A DNA stretch of 64,000 bases from Balamuthia mandrillaris (lineage: Eukaryota). Below the pieces are notes generated by a model. It saw only the letters and a program-made list of their open reading frames with translations, searched no databases and had not been told where the DNA came from. Location: contig JAVKOQ020000045.1 of assembly GCA_031835245.2 (NCBI GenBank), forward strand, positions 1 through 64,000. The letters run 5' to 3'. This document shows positions 1-11,499 of the stretch, piece after piece (within the stretch, counting starts at the first letter, position 1; every line of letters begins with the position of its first letter). The position numbers were made by a program, and so were the translations under genes.

Positions 1-940
1 GTTCTTTATGCTGGCAGCTGTTTCGTTAATTTATGCACATACAGGTACTACAAATGTTCTGTTGTTGAATATGTGTTCCTTAAGCCCAGAGCGTCAGTTG
101 TTAGTATGGGTTTGTTTTTTCATGGCCTTTTCTATTAAAACACCTATGTTTCCCTTTCACATATGGTTGCCCGAGGCTCATGTAGAAGCACCTACTATAG
201 GTTCGGTCATTTTGGCTGGTGTGTTGTTGAAAATGGGGGGCTATGGATTTTTGCGTTTTGTTGTACCGCTCTTACCCATAGGAAATTATTTTTTTACTCC
301 ATTTGTTTTCGCAATTTCGACTTTAGCAGTGTTGTATACGTCTTTAACAGCTATTCGCCAAATTGATTTGAAGAAAATTATAGCTTATGCTTCGGTATCT
401 CATATGAATTTTGTTGTGTTAGGAATATTTAATTATAGCACTGTGGGTATTTTAGGAAGCATTTTTCTAATGTTGAGTCATGGAATTGTGTCAAGCGGTT
501 TGTTTTTCTGTGTTGGTGTTTTATATGACAGATACCATACACGATTACTTCGTTATTTTGGTGGTATTGCATACTTTATGCCTATATTTGCGGTATGTTT
601 TTTTATACTAATTCTTTCGAATTTTAGTTTTCCCGGGACGAGTAATTTTGTTGGTGAAGTGTTGGTGTTGGGCGGTTTTATTTTTCAAAATATGTTCTGT
701 ACGTTTTTTGTTTTAATATGTATAGTCTTTTCGGTTATATATTCTGTTTGATTGTATAATCGACTATTTTTTGGATCTGTCAATACGCACGCACTTTTGC
801 GTTTTTCTGATTTATCTGAGCGTGAATTTTGGGTTTTAGCTCCGTGTGTTATTCTAACGGTTGTGCTTGGTATTTGTCCAAATATTGTATTGCATAAGTT
901 AGAATGAGCTTCGTTGACATTTTCATTTTTTAGATATTAA
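1..940 (+). CDS. nad4: NADH dehydrogenase subunit 4, 5'-truncated by window edge
   Basis: [49 protein letters not shown] motifs; frame reads through TGA 749-751 to TAA 938-940, which overlaps the nad11 ATG. Confidence 0.97.
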
Positions 941-2933
941 TGCGGTTTAGTTTAAATGATTACGAATATCAGGTAAGTGACTCTTGGGCACTTTTCAATT
1001 TAATTCAGGTTTGTTCCATGAAAGGGGTTATAATACCCCGTTTTTGTTATTATTCGAAATTATCAATTGCTGGGAATTGTCGGATGTGTTCAATAGAGGA
1101 AGAAGAAAGCCCAAAGCTCGTGGCTTCGTGTGCGATGCCGCTGGCTGACAATATGTTGATTTATACTAATAGTCTGCGCGTTCGAAAATCACGTGAAGGC
1201 GTTTTAGAATTTCTATTAGCGAATCATCCGTTGGATTGTCCTATTTGTGATCAGGGTGGTGAATGTGATTTGCAAGACCAATCTATGATTTTTGGTGGTG
1301 ATCGTGGCCGTTTTTATGATTTTAAGCGTTCCGTTGAAAATAAAAATTGCGGACCCTTGATAAAGACGATTATGATTCGTTGTATCCATTGTACACGTTG
1401 TGTGCGTTTTGCGACCGAAGTAGCTGGGATCTCAGCATTAGGGCTTACTGGCCGCGGCGCTAGTATGCAAGTCGGTTTCTATATTCAAAAATTGTTTGCT
1501 TCGGAAATTTCTGGTAATGTTATAGACCTCTGTCCTGTCGGGGCATCAACTTCAAAACCCTATGCTTTTACTGCACGTCCTTGAGAATTACGTAGTGTTT
1601 TTACGGTAGATCCTTTAGATTCTTTATGTTCTGCTATTCGTGTAGATGTTCGTGGAACATCTATTGCTCGTATACTACCGCGCACAAATAGCGTGCTCAA
1701 TTTGGATTGGATTTCAGATAAAATTCGTTTTTTTTATGATGGTCTTTATCGTCAGCGAATTGCGTCACCTTTTGTTAAAGTTTCGGGTTTTTTTGTCCCA
1801 CTTAGTTGACGTAATACGTTTGGTGTGTTGAAAAAAATGTTGGCTTCTTTTCGTGACCAACTGGTGTTTACTAAAAAATCATTTTTCTTTTTCAGCGCTT
1901 TCTCCGGCCCTTCGGAAAGTCTTGAAGTTTGTTTTTCTGTTCGAAATTTTCTTCAGTTTTTTTCATCTAACCAGTTATCGCAGTGTTATGATGCTTGCCT
2001 TTCCTTTTGACCGAGTAGTTTATTTGCTAATATTGAGTTCGCTGATTTTTTATATTTTGATAACTTAAATATACGTTATCAATCTCCTGTTTTAAATATT
2101 TTATTTCGCAATTCTTATTTGAAAAATAACACACTAGCTGTATATTCTGGTTCAACACCGTTTAACAATTATTTTTATAAGCATGCAGGTAATGAGGCTT
2201 ATACTCGATTCAAAGTGGTTAGGGGTAAGTATTGAGTTTCCTCCCTGTTTCAATTGTTTGAATTTCCGCTCATGCTTTCTGCTTCATTATTCGTGTCCAC
2301 CTTTTTGAATTCAAATTTGTATCAATTTTCTGTTTGGGAAGGGCGAAATACATATGCTTCTTCTGTCTCTGTATTGCATAATCAATTCTTGAATGTAACA
2401 ATGCCTTCTATGAGGTTAGGCGAAAACATATTTAGTTTACAATACTATTTAAATTGCCAACCTGTTGAAACTAAGTCTCCTTTGGCTATATCCGTTTATC
2501 ATGGTCATCACGGTGATCGTCACTTAGAGTTAACAGCTGATGTGTTGCTTCCGTCCACGACTTTTGTTGAGACAAATGCTTTATTTGTAAATATTTGTGG
2601 TGTGGTCCAAAGAGCTAATTGTATTTTTCATTTAGATAAGTTCCGCCACGCTCGATCTTCGTGAAAAATTTTTCGGGCTATGTTGAGCGTTGCGGGGGAT
2701 GTTCTGTGTGATCTTCTTTTAGCTCGCTTGTTCGTTCGCTATGGTATGAATTCCCTCTTTATGCCGTTGATTACCAATATTTAGGGTTGCGGCCTAAAAT
2801 TTCTCGTTTGCCTAATTTGCCGTTAAATCATGGTGTTTTTTCTCCGTATAAAGGTGACACTTTGTCTAAGAATTCTAAAGTTCTTTCACTTTGTCATTTG
2901 TTTCTTCGATCGAATTTGAATGTTCTGTGTTAA
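940..2933 (+). CDS. nad11: NADH dehydrogenase subunit 11 (75 kDa / NuoG)
   Basis: [51 protein letters not shown] Fe-S motifs; open with TGA=W to TAG 2784; C-terminal-like [17 protein letters not shown] lies in another frame ending TAA 2933, implying one frameshift. Confidence 0.95.
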
Positions 2934-2951
2934 CTTATTATTAAAAATTTA

Positions 2952-4432
2952 ATGAAATCTTTAATTTTTTTTGTTTTATTCCGGAAATTGTTATTTTTTT
3001 TTTCGTTTTTTTTACTGTAATTTTTCTTAGTTATTTTTCAAATTTTCGTGTAAATCATCCGTCTAGCCGGTTGTTTTATTATAATACAAGGAAGTTATCT
3101 CTTTTAATGGCATTAGTTCTTTTAATTTCCATTGTTTTTTTATTTATGCTTCTTCAAACAAATGTGGTATTTTATTACCAAGGTGGTTTGCGTTTTGATT
3201 TTTTTTCTTATGTGTTTAAGACATTTGTTTTGTTCACGTTTGTAATTCTTTTTTTGTTTTACCTAGTTAATCCAAAAAATTTGGCCTATTTACCAAATGA
3301 ATTTTTAATACTTTGTTTAAGTTTGTTACTCACTTCGTTTTTGTTAATTTCAGCAAACGATTTTTTGATGCTTTTTTATCTCTTGATACCCAAGCCATCC
3401 TTTTGTTTTATTTAATGGCCTATGATTCACATTCTAAAAAGGCAACGGAATCTGCCTGGAAGTATTTTATACTAAATGGGTTCGCTTCAAGTGTGTTATT
3501 ATTCGGTATATCCTTAATGTTTTACGCCCGAAATTCTATAGTTTTTGATGACGTTTTTCTTGTGTTTTCGACAGGGGCTTCTAGTGATACATTAGTTTAT
3601 ATTGGTTTTATGTTTTTTTTAATTGGTTTTTCTATTAAAATTGGTGATGCACCTTTTCATTGGTGGCTTGCCGATATTTTTGAGGGCGTTAATGAACTTG
3701 TTTTGTCCTTTTTAGCAGTTATTTCAAAAATCGGTCAGTTTGGTATTTTGTTTTATATTTTGTCAAAAGTTTCGTTTTTAGGGTTATTTTGGTTTTTTTT
3801 TGTTTTTGGTCTTCTTTCTTTGGTTTTCGGTAGTGTGCAGTTACTTAATCAGTTAAGTTTGCGACGTCAAATTGCTTTTTTTCCGTATACAGTTCGGGTC
3901 TGGTATATATGTTTTTGGGAAATTCTACGTCTGAAATCTGGTCTTTTTCGTTGTATTATTTGTTTATTTCTAATTTATTTTTGCTTGTTTTTATTATGTG
4001 TTTGTTTGTTTTGCGTTGTCCAATTACTCAACAGCCGTTGGTACGAAATTTTTATGATTTTATTTTTGTTTTTCGGAACCATAAAGTTATGTCGTTTTTT
4101 TTCGTTTTTTTTTTAGTCTCGTTACTAGGCCTTCCGCCTTTGGTAGGTTTTTTCCAAAATTTTTTTTTTTATATTCGTTGGCGAGTCATTTGCGGTTTGT
4201 TTATATTTCTATATTTCTTTTGTCGACTATGTTACTGTTATGTCCTTTTGTGTACATTTTTAAAGAAATGTTTTTTTTAATGAATCAAAACTTTTCTTTC
4301 AAAAATCGGTTGGTTGTTATTCCTTTCCCTAATTTAATTCTTTTATCTTTAATTTTTTGTTTTAGTTTGTTTTTATTAGTTGATTTTTCATCGTTTATGC
4401 TTTTCAAAATTAATTTTTATTTTTTCGAATAA
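2952..4432 (+). CDS. nad2: NADH dehydrogenase subunit 2, broken by several frameshifts
   Basis: ATESAWKYFILNGFASSVLLFG, KIGDAPFHWW, LGLPPLVGFF motifs spread over four overlapping ORFs; breaks fall in or near T homopolymers. Confidence 0.9.
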
Positions 4433-4440
4433 TTGGGTTA

Positions 4441-5299
4441 ATGATTTTCTTCAATAAAGGAACTGTTTTAAATTTGACTTTGTTACAATTGTTAATGCCC
4501 GGTTCTTTCGTAGGTTATGATATTTCTCACTGAGATTTTCGTGTTTCAAATTTTCTTTTAGGCGTGCAGAATCGGGTTTATATCCATAATTTGAATTATA
4601 CCTATTCTTTTTTACGTAATTCTTTGAGTTTTGCATTTAATGTTTTAGCACGTAAGGGTTTTTGTGCCTTAGTGAATGAGTCGGTTATTTTTGGTCCTTC
4701 GTTAAAGTTTTTTTTTAATTTTCATTGAAAAAAACACAGTCTTTCTCGTATTTCCATGACATTTAAACGGCTAGTGCGTGGTCTTTTAACGAATCGCAAA
4801 CTCTATAAAAAAGACGTTCTGTTTTTCCTTTTATTCCGCATATTATGTTTATTTTTTCGCCTTCCGAAAGTGCTTTCGTAGTTCACGAGTGTTTTCGTCT
4901 ACACATCCCTTCGGTATCGTTATTCGACACTATTTCATTTATGGTTGAATCTAATTATCGGTTCCCCGCTAACGAGAAGTCGAAAAAAGCTATAATTTTT
5001 TCAACACTATTTCCTATCTTTTTGCGTTGAAGGCTTACCTTGTACGGTCGCGCGTATTTAGGCTTCGTGTATGGAAACGGTATATTTTTAAACTACGCCG
5101 GTTAAAGGGCAAATCGTATATTGTACGTAAAGATGTTTTTGCTCGGACTTTAAATAGGTTTTTTAATAGATTAGCGTACCCTCGTGTTCGTCGTTTAAAA
5201 AAGTTTTTGGCAATGCGTGCTTTGCGCCGACGACGTTTACGTCGAAAAAAAAAATTGTTAGCCCGACGTGCTTTTGGTACTGTATCTTTAAAAATTTAA
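4441..5299 (+). CDS. rps2: Mitochondrial ribosomal protein S2 (frameshifted; 3' end uncertain)
   Basis: GYDISH(W)DFRVSNFLLG..IHNLNYT, KRLVRGLLTN, HECFRLHIPSVSLFDT and FPANEKS match the S2 motif order. Confidence 0.75.
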
Positions 5300-5300
5300 A

Positions 5301-7144
5301 ATGCGACGTGATTTACAGGTAAACAAATATAAGTTAATTAGATTGACAGGCAAAGATATCTGAGGGAATATGCTAACAAGGCATGCTGTTTACCTACGCC
5401 TCCGTGTTGAAGACCTTTCGTGTGTCGTTCGAAAAGTTGTTAATTTTGTTATTATAGAATATGAGCGTCGTCGTTTATTTTATTTTTTTGGTCGTTATTC
5501 TTCTTTTGTGAAAAAAAAACGTTCGAGCAGAACCTTTTTTCCATTATTGCTTAATTTTTGGAAAACGGAACGTAATTGATTGTTTCGTTGGTGTATAGAA
5601 TTTTTTTCGTCTACTTTTCGTCCATCGTATTTCAAGTTCACTGGGGGATATTTCCGCATTCCGGTTGTGTTACGTAGTGATATGAGAGAACTTCACATTG
5701 TCCCTAAAGGCAGTGAGCGTTATCGCTTTTTACGTCACAGTGTAGAGGTAGGAGTGAGAAAACGGATGCCGCACGGATATGGACGTAATTTTAGTCTTTG
5801 ACAAGATGTGGTGACTCTTTTAAATTGTTATTTGTATTCTTGGCATAAATATTATGGTCGTTCGGAAAAACGTCTTTTATCTCGTTTACGTCGTATGCGG
5901 TATCGGCTGTCAAAAAATATCAAATATTACAGTCATCCGAAACATCGTAAAATGCTTACTCTTTTATCCATCATTGATAAAAAATTTTTAGGACCTACTG
6001 CATGGGGTGTGCACTTATCTCTTATTAATATTTTGCTTGAAAGGTGCGTTGCCAATTATCCGAAAATCTGCGTTTAAAATTACCTGCGTTATGGCGTTGG
6101 TTGAGCTTTATAAAACCTATGGGTCGCCAGAACATCAAGTCTTCTCGTCCTGTTTTACGTACTATAAAGCGTTTGGCAAAAGTTACAACGAAAACTAATA
6201 AAAAGGTGCCTCGTTTGGTTTATTTTTCAATGCGTCATATTTTGTCTCGGTTTGCTTTATCCCATAATGTACTATTGTCAAAAATACGAACTAGCTTGGT
6301 TTATCCGTATTTTTCATTTTCTTCGTTGGACCCTGCGGACTCATCATGGTTATTTGGGAACGAAGTTACTTCACCGGTTTTGGCCGGTTTTTCGATATCC
6401 AGAATTAGTCGCCCGGCTGTTGGTTTTTATTTACAGTTGACTAGAACAGGACGTGCGCGCACAGCGTGACGGTCTCTTCGTTCTTATTTAGCTACTGGTT
6501 TTATTAGAAATCGTTTGAAAAATCCAAAAAATTTTATTTTGCAATTAAGTTATGGAAATCCGCGGGTTGCTTTTGGTGATTATGAAGAAGGGTTCCGTAT
6601 ACCGCACGTATCGGGTGATCATTTCAAGCGTTCGAAAAAGCAATTTCGTATGCTGGAGTTTTATCGTATACAGACTTTTTATGGCTTGTTTGATCTCCGT
6701 GCGTTTAAACGAAAATATTTTGAGCTGTTCAAATTTAAGAAATATGTGGGTTCTCGCAAGCTTTACCAGTTGTTAGAGTGTAGAGTTATTTTTATTTTAC
6801 ACATGACTAATGTGTTTCCTTCGATGTATTTTATAGATCAGTTACTTACCCATAGACATTTTGTGTTAAAAAACGCTATAGTTACAAATCCTCACCATGT
6901 CCTATCCATTGGTGATTTGGTATTTACTCCTCGCGTTTTTTATTGACGCGCTTTGAATGTTTTTATGCATAAGTTGGTTAATTTTCGTCTAATTTTGAAC
7001 ATGCCTTTGTTTTGTGAGCCCAATTATGTTCTGTTAGCAGCTGCGTTGGTGGGTATTCCATTAAAGCATCAACTTACAGTTCCTTTTCATTCGACGAGGT
7101 CTTCTTTTGATCGTTTTAATTTAGTAAGAAATGCAATACATTAA
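5301..7144 (+). CDS. rps4: Mitochondrial ribosomal protein S4, unusually long, one frameshift near 6045-6077
   Basis: N-terminal NKYKLIRLTGKDI(W)GN resembles mitochondrial S4 starts; S4 RNA-binding domain LLECRV..QLLTHRHFVLKNAIVTNPHHVLSIGDLV at about 6770-6925; 5301-6077 and 6044-7144 are each open with TGA=W. Confidence 0.75.
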
Positions 7145-7176
7145 ATTTAAAACTTGATTGAATTTTTTTAGAAAAA

Positions 7177-7587
7177 TGAGGGTCAGCGATGGCTCCGCTT
7201 TCTTAAACTGGCGCAGGTGTAGATTATTTTATTGGTTGTGTGCTCTTTGTTTGTTGACGGCTTATCTTGTTTTTCAACTGTACACAACTAACCTTTGCTG
7301 CTGAGATCCCGAAGAGCCGGCAGAAACTATTGGTGTATGGGTAGGAACTATTGGTAGAGTGTTTTTTTGGACATTTATGATCGGGGGTATAGGTTATTGG
7401 GCGTATGAGCATTATTCCGGCAAATTTGATGAGAATAAAGACAAAAAGAAAAAAGATAAGAATAAAAAAGATGACGGCGGCGACAGCGGCAGCGGAGTTT
7501 CCTTGTCTACGAATGGGAAAAACGCTGTTTTTAGTCCTGGGCAAACCCTTAAAAGGTCGGTGTCTAATTTTTATGAAGCCTTTGACG
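7177..7587 (+). CDS. Unidentified mitochondrial ORF with hydrophobic segments and a K/D-rich tract, cut off by the telomere
   Basis: ATG 7177, frameshift near 7360, frame runs without a stop into the telomeric repeat. Confidence 0.45.
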
Positions 7588-7888
7588 CTAACCTAACCTA
7601 ACCCTAACCTAACCTAACCTAACCTAACCTACCCTAACCTAACCTAACCCTAACCCTAACCTAACCCTAACCTAACCCTAACCCTAACCTAACCTAACCT
7701 AACCCTAACCCAACCTAACCCTAACCCTAACCCTAACCTAACCTAACTATAACACTAACCTAACCCTAACCTACCTAACCTAACCCTAACTAACCCTAAC
7801 CTAACCTAACCTAACCTAACCTAACCTAACCCTAACCCTAACCCTAACCCTAACCCTAACCCTAACCCTAACCCTAACCCTAACCCTA
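7588..7888 (+). repeat. Telomeric repeat (CCCTAA)n with CCTAA variants, oriented as a left chromosome end
   Basis: About 300 bp of CCCTAA/CCTAA; pure CCCTAA in the proximal ~60 bp. Confidence 0.97.
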
Positions 7889-8954
7889 GCCTCTTTCTAC
7901 CCTCTCCTTCCTAGTAGCAAGACCCTTGGAGACTCTACAGCAGGCCTTTTGCTCTCTCAGGGCAGGTCCTTGTACTAGAGTGTGCTCATGCTCTCTTATT
8001 ACTGCTGAAGTGCTGGTACTACCATCAGCGCCATAGCCATGAAGCCCACTGATGAATGCCACCATGAAGAAATAAAGGATTGGCAGATCACTACCTGCTT
8101 CCATTGGTAAGTGGTCCTGTTGGATTTTTGTCGACATAAGCAAAAGAAAAAGGGAGAAAAGTAAAGAAAAGAAGAAAACAGGAAACATGCTTCAAACATC
8201 TGCTGCCTACTGCAAACTTCAAGTTGGTGAGGTGATCTTTTTTTGCAAGTTATATGTGTGAACTTTTGTTTTTCTTCAATCTGCACACATGTGTGCACCT
8301 CCAACAAATCATTTTTTCCCCATCTTTTTGTTTTTCTTCTTTCTTCCAACAAATCATTTTCTTTCAATCTACACATGTGTGTGCACTTCTAACAAACTTT
8401 GATAACACAAACCAACACCTCTTTGACAACAACAAGACTTCATGGGATGAAAGGCAGACTAGTCGTTGGTTCTAACCTTTCTTTTAACAGCTCTATTGCC
8501 CTTTCCTCTTTTCTTTCACAGGTGTCATGACTACTCATTCGTGGCACTCCTTAAGCGCCTGTGCTTGCATTTTCCTTGTTACTTTCTGCAATGCAAAAAA
8601 AGATTCAGAAGTAATATGGAGAACTAAAGGAAGAGTTTAAGGTCAGCAACTTGGTATTTATTCACTCCAAGATGATGTCAATTGGTGAGTCTAAGAAACT
8701 TTGATGTAGTTGAAAAAGAGGACTTTACAAGATTATTAAAATCTATTTCCACAAACAATCAATGCATAGAAAAGCAGTATTTTGATTATTAGTAAAGATC
8801 CCCTTTTTTTATTATGCTTTTTTTCATTTATTAAAGGTTTTTTACTATACTCTTCAAGTAAGTATCAGTTAGGTTGTTTCCTTATCAGCCTTATTATAGT
8901 AATTTTAAATATATACTTCTATTGTTTTTTTTTGAATTCATTTTTTGTTTTATT

Positions 8955-10727
8955 GAGTAAAAATGGGCATGATTGGGTGGTTAACGTCTAGCTGGATTGT
9001 TTTCATGGAGAATAAAATCATATCCAGGTTTCCTTAATCCTTTGAATGGGATGATGACGCCAAATGTGATATACTTTTTCTATGGAGCCAGATATGATAA
9101 TCTGAAATATTTCTGGTGGCAAACATAACCGCTTTGTGGTTGTGCACTGTTATGCCTGTTTTTCTGCAGCGAATGAACAAAGCAAAGAGACAAAACATGT
9201 GTGTATCAACATGGCTACTGGAAGAAGTCAACATACTCATGTTTGCCGTTTGGAGAAGCTTGCAGTTCAATGGTGACAAGAGGAAGCTCAAACCTCAGAA
9301 AGGGCAGAGCGAGAGATGGGAGAGGAAACAGATGATGATGATGATGAAGAAGAGTTCCAACGCCTCTTTCAAGATGGAAGAGTCTACTGAGCCATAATGG
9401 AAAGCGACTCTTGGGATATCTTTTTGCCACTCTCTGAGAGGGTAGTTTTGGACCTTTCAAGGGAGAGCAAACCTTATGTGTTGCGTCATCAAACCTGTGG
9501 AAGGACTCCTAAACTTTCTTGGTTGGACCATATCTTGCTGCTCCTCCTTGTCTATTGCCTGGCCTGCACTTTTGATGACCTGGCAGGACGCTTTTGACTA
9601 AAACAAACCACCATGGAAGCTGCAATAAACAGGATCCGGCCCATCCTTTTGGAAGTGCTTGAGGACAGATGGTGTCAAGGCAATCATCGCTGACCAATCC
9701 CTTTGATGGACAAGGATGAAACGCTCTCCCAATATGCTCACATTGCCCTCCTCGTTGACTCTACCAGTGTGGAAGTCTTTCATCCAAACAACTCTCTGTT
9801 TGAGGAAGGCAAACACTACTTTGATGAAAAGAACAGAATCTATGCGTTGAAGAAGGAAGTTGCGGTGATGGCCTCTCCTCCTCACTTTGCTCTGTTCTCC
9901 TTTCCTGGAGCACCTGGAGCCTGACATGACTCCATTCTCAAAGAGCACTACTCAGCCTACATTCCATACCAAAAGTGCCCAAGAGACTGCTATAATTCAC
10001 TGTGTTGATGGTAATATGAAACAAGCTGGAGTGCATTGTTTGACAAAGGTTATGTTGGCCCAGCTCAAGATACTCCTGGTTTTTGAAGAATAACTATCAA
10101 AAAACAATCTCAGGTGAGGACAGCAGCAGAACATTTTCAAAACAGAGAGCTAGCAAAGCAGGTGCCTATAGAATGCTTTTTTGGATGAATGTACAAGCTT
10201 TGGGCCTTTCTACGCAAGCCCTATCCCTATGATCACAACAAGTTTGATGCTGACATTGATCTTCTCATCCTTCTTGCCAATGAGCATTTACTTTCTGCCC
10301 ATCCGTTAGCAGTTGATGAGCGCCAATATTGTCGTGCTCAAATGCAAAAAAGAAAAGAAAACATGATTGAGAGAGAAAATAAAAGAAAAGAAGCAAAAAG
10401 AAGATATTTAGAAAATACAAGAAAGTGCAGATATAAGCAGTATGAGGACTTTTAAACTTGTTTTATGTTTGTTTTACTTCAAAACTTCAAAAAACAATGA
10501 ATATTTTTTTTAACTCTTTAATTCACATTCTTCTATAAACACCTTTTTTTGGGGGCAAAAACCAACTACATCCTCTCTAGTTATTTATCTTTTACTTGAC
10601 AGCTATGAAGTCCTTCATGCAGGGGGTTATTTTCAATTTGAGGATAGCCTTATCCAGGAAATGATTTTATTCTCCATGAAAACAATCCAGCCAGACTTTA
10701 ACCACCCAATCATGCCCATTTTCACTC
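8955..10727 (+). mobile_element. Degenerate DNA transposon (DDE_Tnp_4; PIF/Harbinger-IS5-ISL2EU group) with ~67 bp TIRs and ATT TSD
   Basis: TIRs 8955-9021 and 10661-10727 with 3 mismatches; ATT at 8952-8954 and 10728-10730; internal transposase fragments. Confidence 0.88.
9397..10455 (+). pseudogene. Disrupted DDE transposase with HTH
   Basis: GRTPKLSWLDHILLLL (HTH-like), LVDSTSVEVFHP, YALKKEVAV, PGA*HD, IECFFG*MYKLWAFL; stops and frameshifts. Confidence 0.8.
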
Positions 10728-11272
10728 ATTGGTTATTTTAAGTTGTTAAGTAATTGTATTTATTTAACAAAATGTAAATAATTAAAAATAAAGTTGTGTT
10801 GATGGGGAATAAACTCTGTGGATCAAGAAAGGAATGGTACGTAAGCAACTCTGGGTTTATTCACAAGAAAAAAGGTGTGGATCGTATGCTTTGAGTGTGT
10901 CATGAGGAAAAAGGAAAAATAAAAAGGGGTAAGAGAATTGAGGTATCCAGAGAGAAAGTATCAACAGGAAGTCATAATGACACGAATTGTTGGTTTTCCA
11001 ACAGTTTTAATCAAATATCTAAAGTCATTTTCTTTCAATAATGAGATTTTGTTTTTAAAATATAATTATTTATTTTTAATATTTTTGTTAATTGAATTGT
11101 TTTTTATTATAATAAAATCCATTATTTTTATTATTTATGAAAATTATTTACTTAACTTTGAAAAAGAATTTAAGATCAATATATTTATTTTTATATCCTT
11201 TGAAATTATTTTTAAATATAATTATTTTCTTTTAAAAAATCATTTTTCTTTGCCTAAAAAATATTTAAATAT

Positions 11273-11410
11273 TGTGATAAGGCCAGTAGGGGAACAACCT
11301 AACGAACACCAACTCGATGGGTGTAGGGAAAAGACCTTTAAAAAAATGAAAAAAAGAGATATATATACAAGGAGAGATAGGGATAGGTATTATGAGAAAG
11401 TGGTATAACA
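11273..11410 (-). repeat. 3' LTR
   Basis: Direct repeat of 16215-16352 (about 12 differences by eye); abuts polypurine tract. Confidence 0.95.
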
Positions 11411-11420
11411 CTTCCCCCTT
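11411..11420 (-). promoter_or_regulatory. Polypurine tract AAGGGGGAAG
   Basis: cttccccctt immediately inside the 3' LTR. Confidence 0.85.
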
Positions 11421-11499
11421 CCAGCTCAAAGTCATCTGTGTTTGACTGTCAGGCTGATTATCATGATACTGCTCTCCAATATGCCTGGACCAGATCTGG

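Larger units (their letters stand above)
1..7587 (+). other. Mitochondrial-genome-derived segment (translation table 4-like, UGA=Trp)
   Basis: Intronless, T-rich, co-oriented, tightly packed nad/rps genes; in-frame TGA at conserved Trp positions (nad4 SV*LYNR, nad11 ARP*EL and S*KIFRA). Confidence 0.97.

Noticed and set aside
2760..6080. Frameshifts in nad11/nad2/rps2/rps4 as Physarum-like insertional RNA editing
   Set aside because: The first 2.7 kb has none and the breaks cluster in homopolymer-rich sequence; long-read indel error or NUMT decay is simpler
7588..7888. De novo telomere healing of a linear mitochondrial chromosome
   Set aside because: Healing the mtDNA right end would put TTAGGG on the + strand; the tract is CCCTAA
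10938..11408. 156-aa AT-rich ORF
   Set aside because: Low-complexity F/I/K/N sequence running into the LTR; no coding evidence
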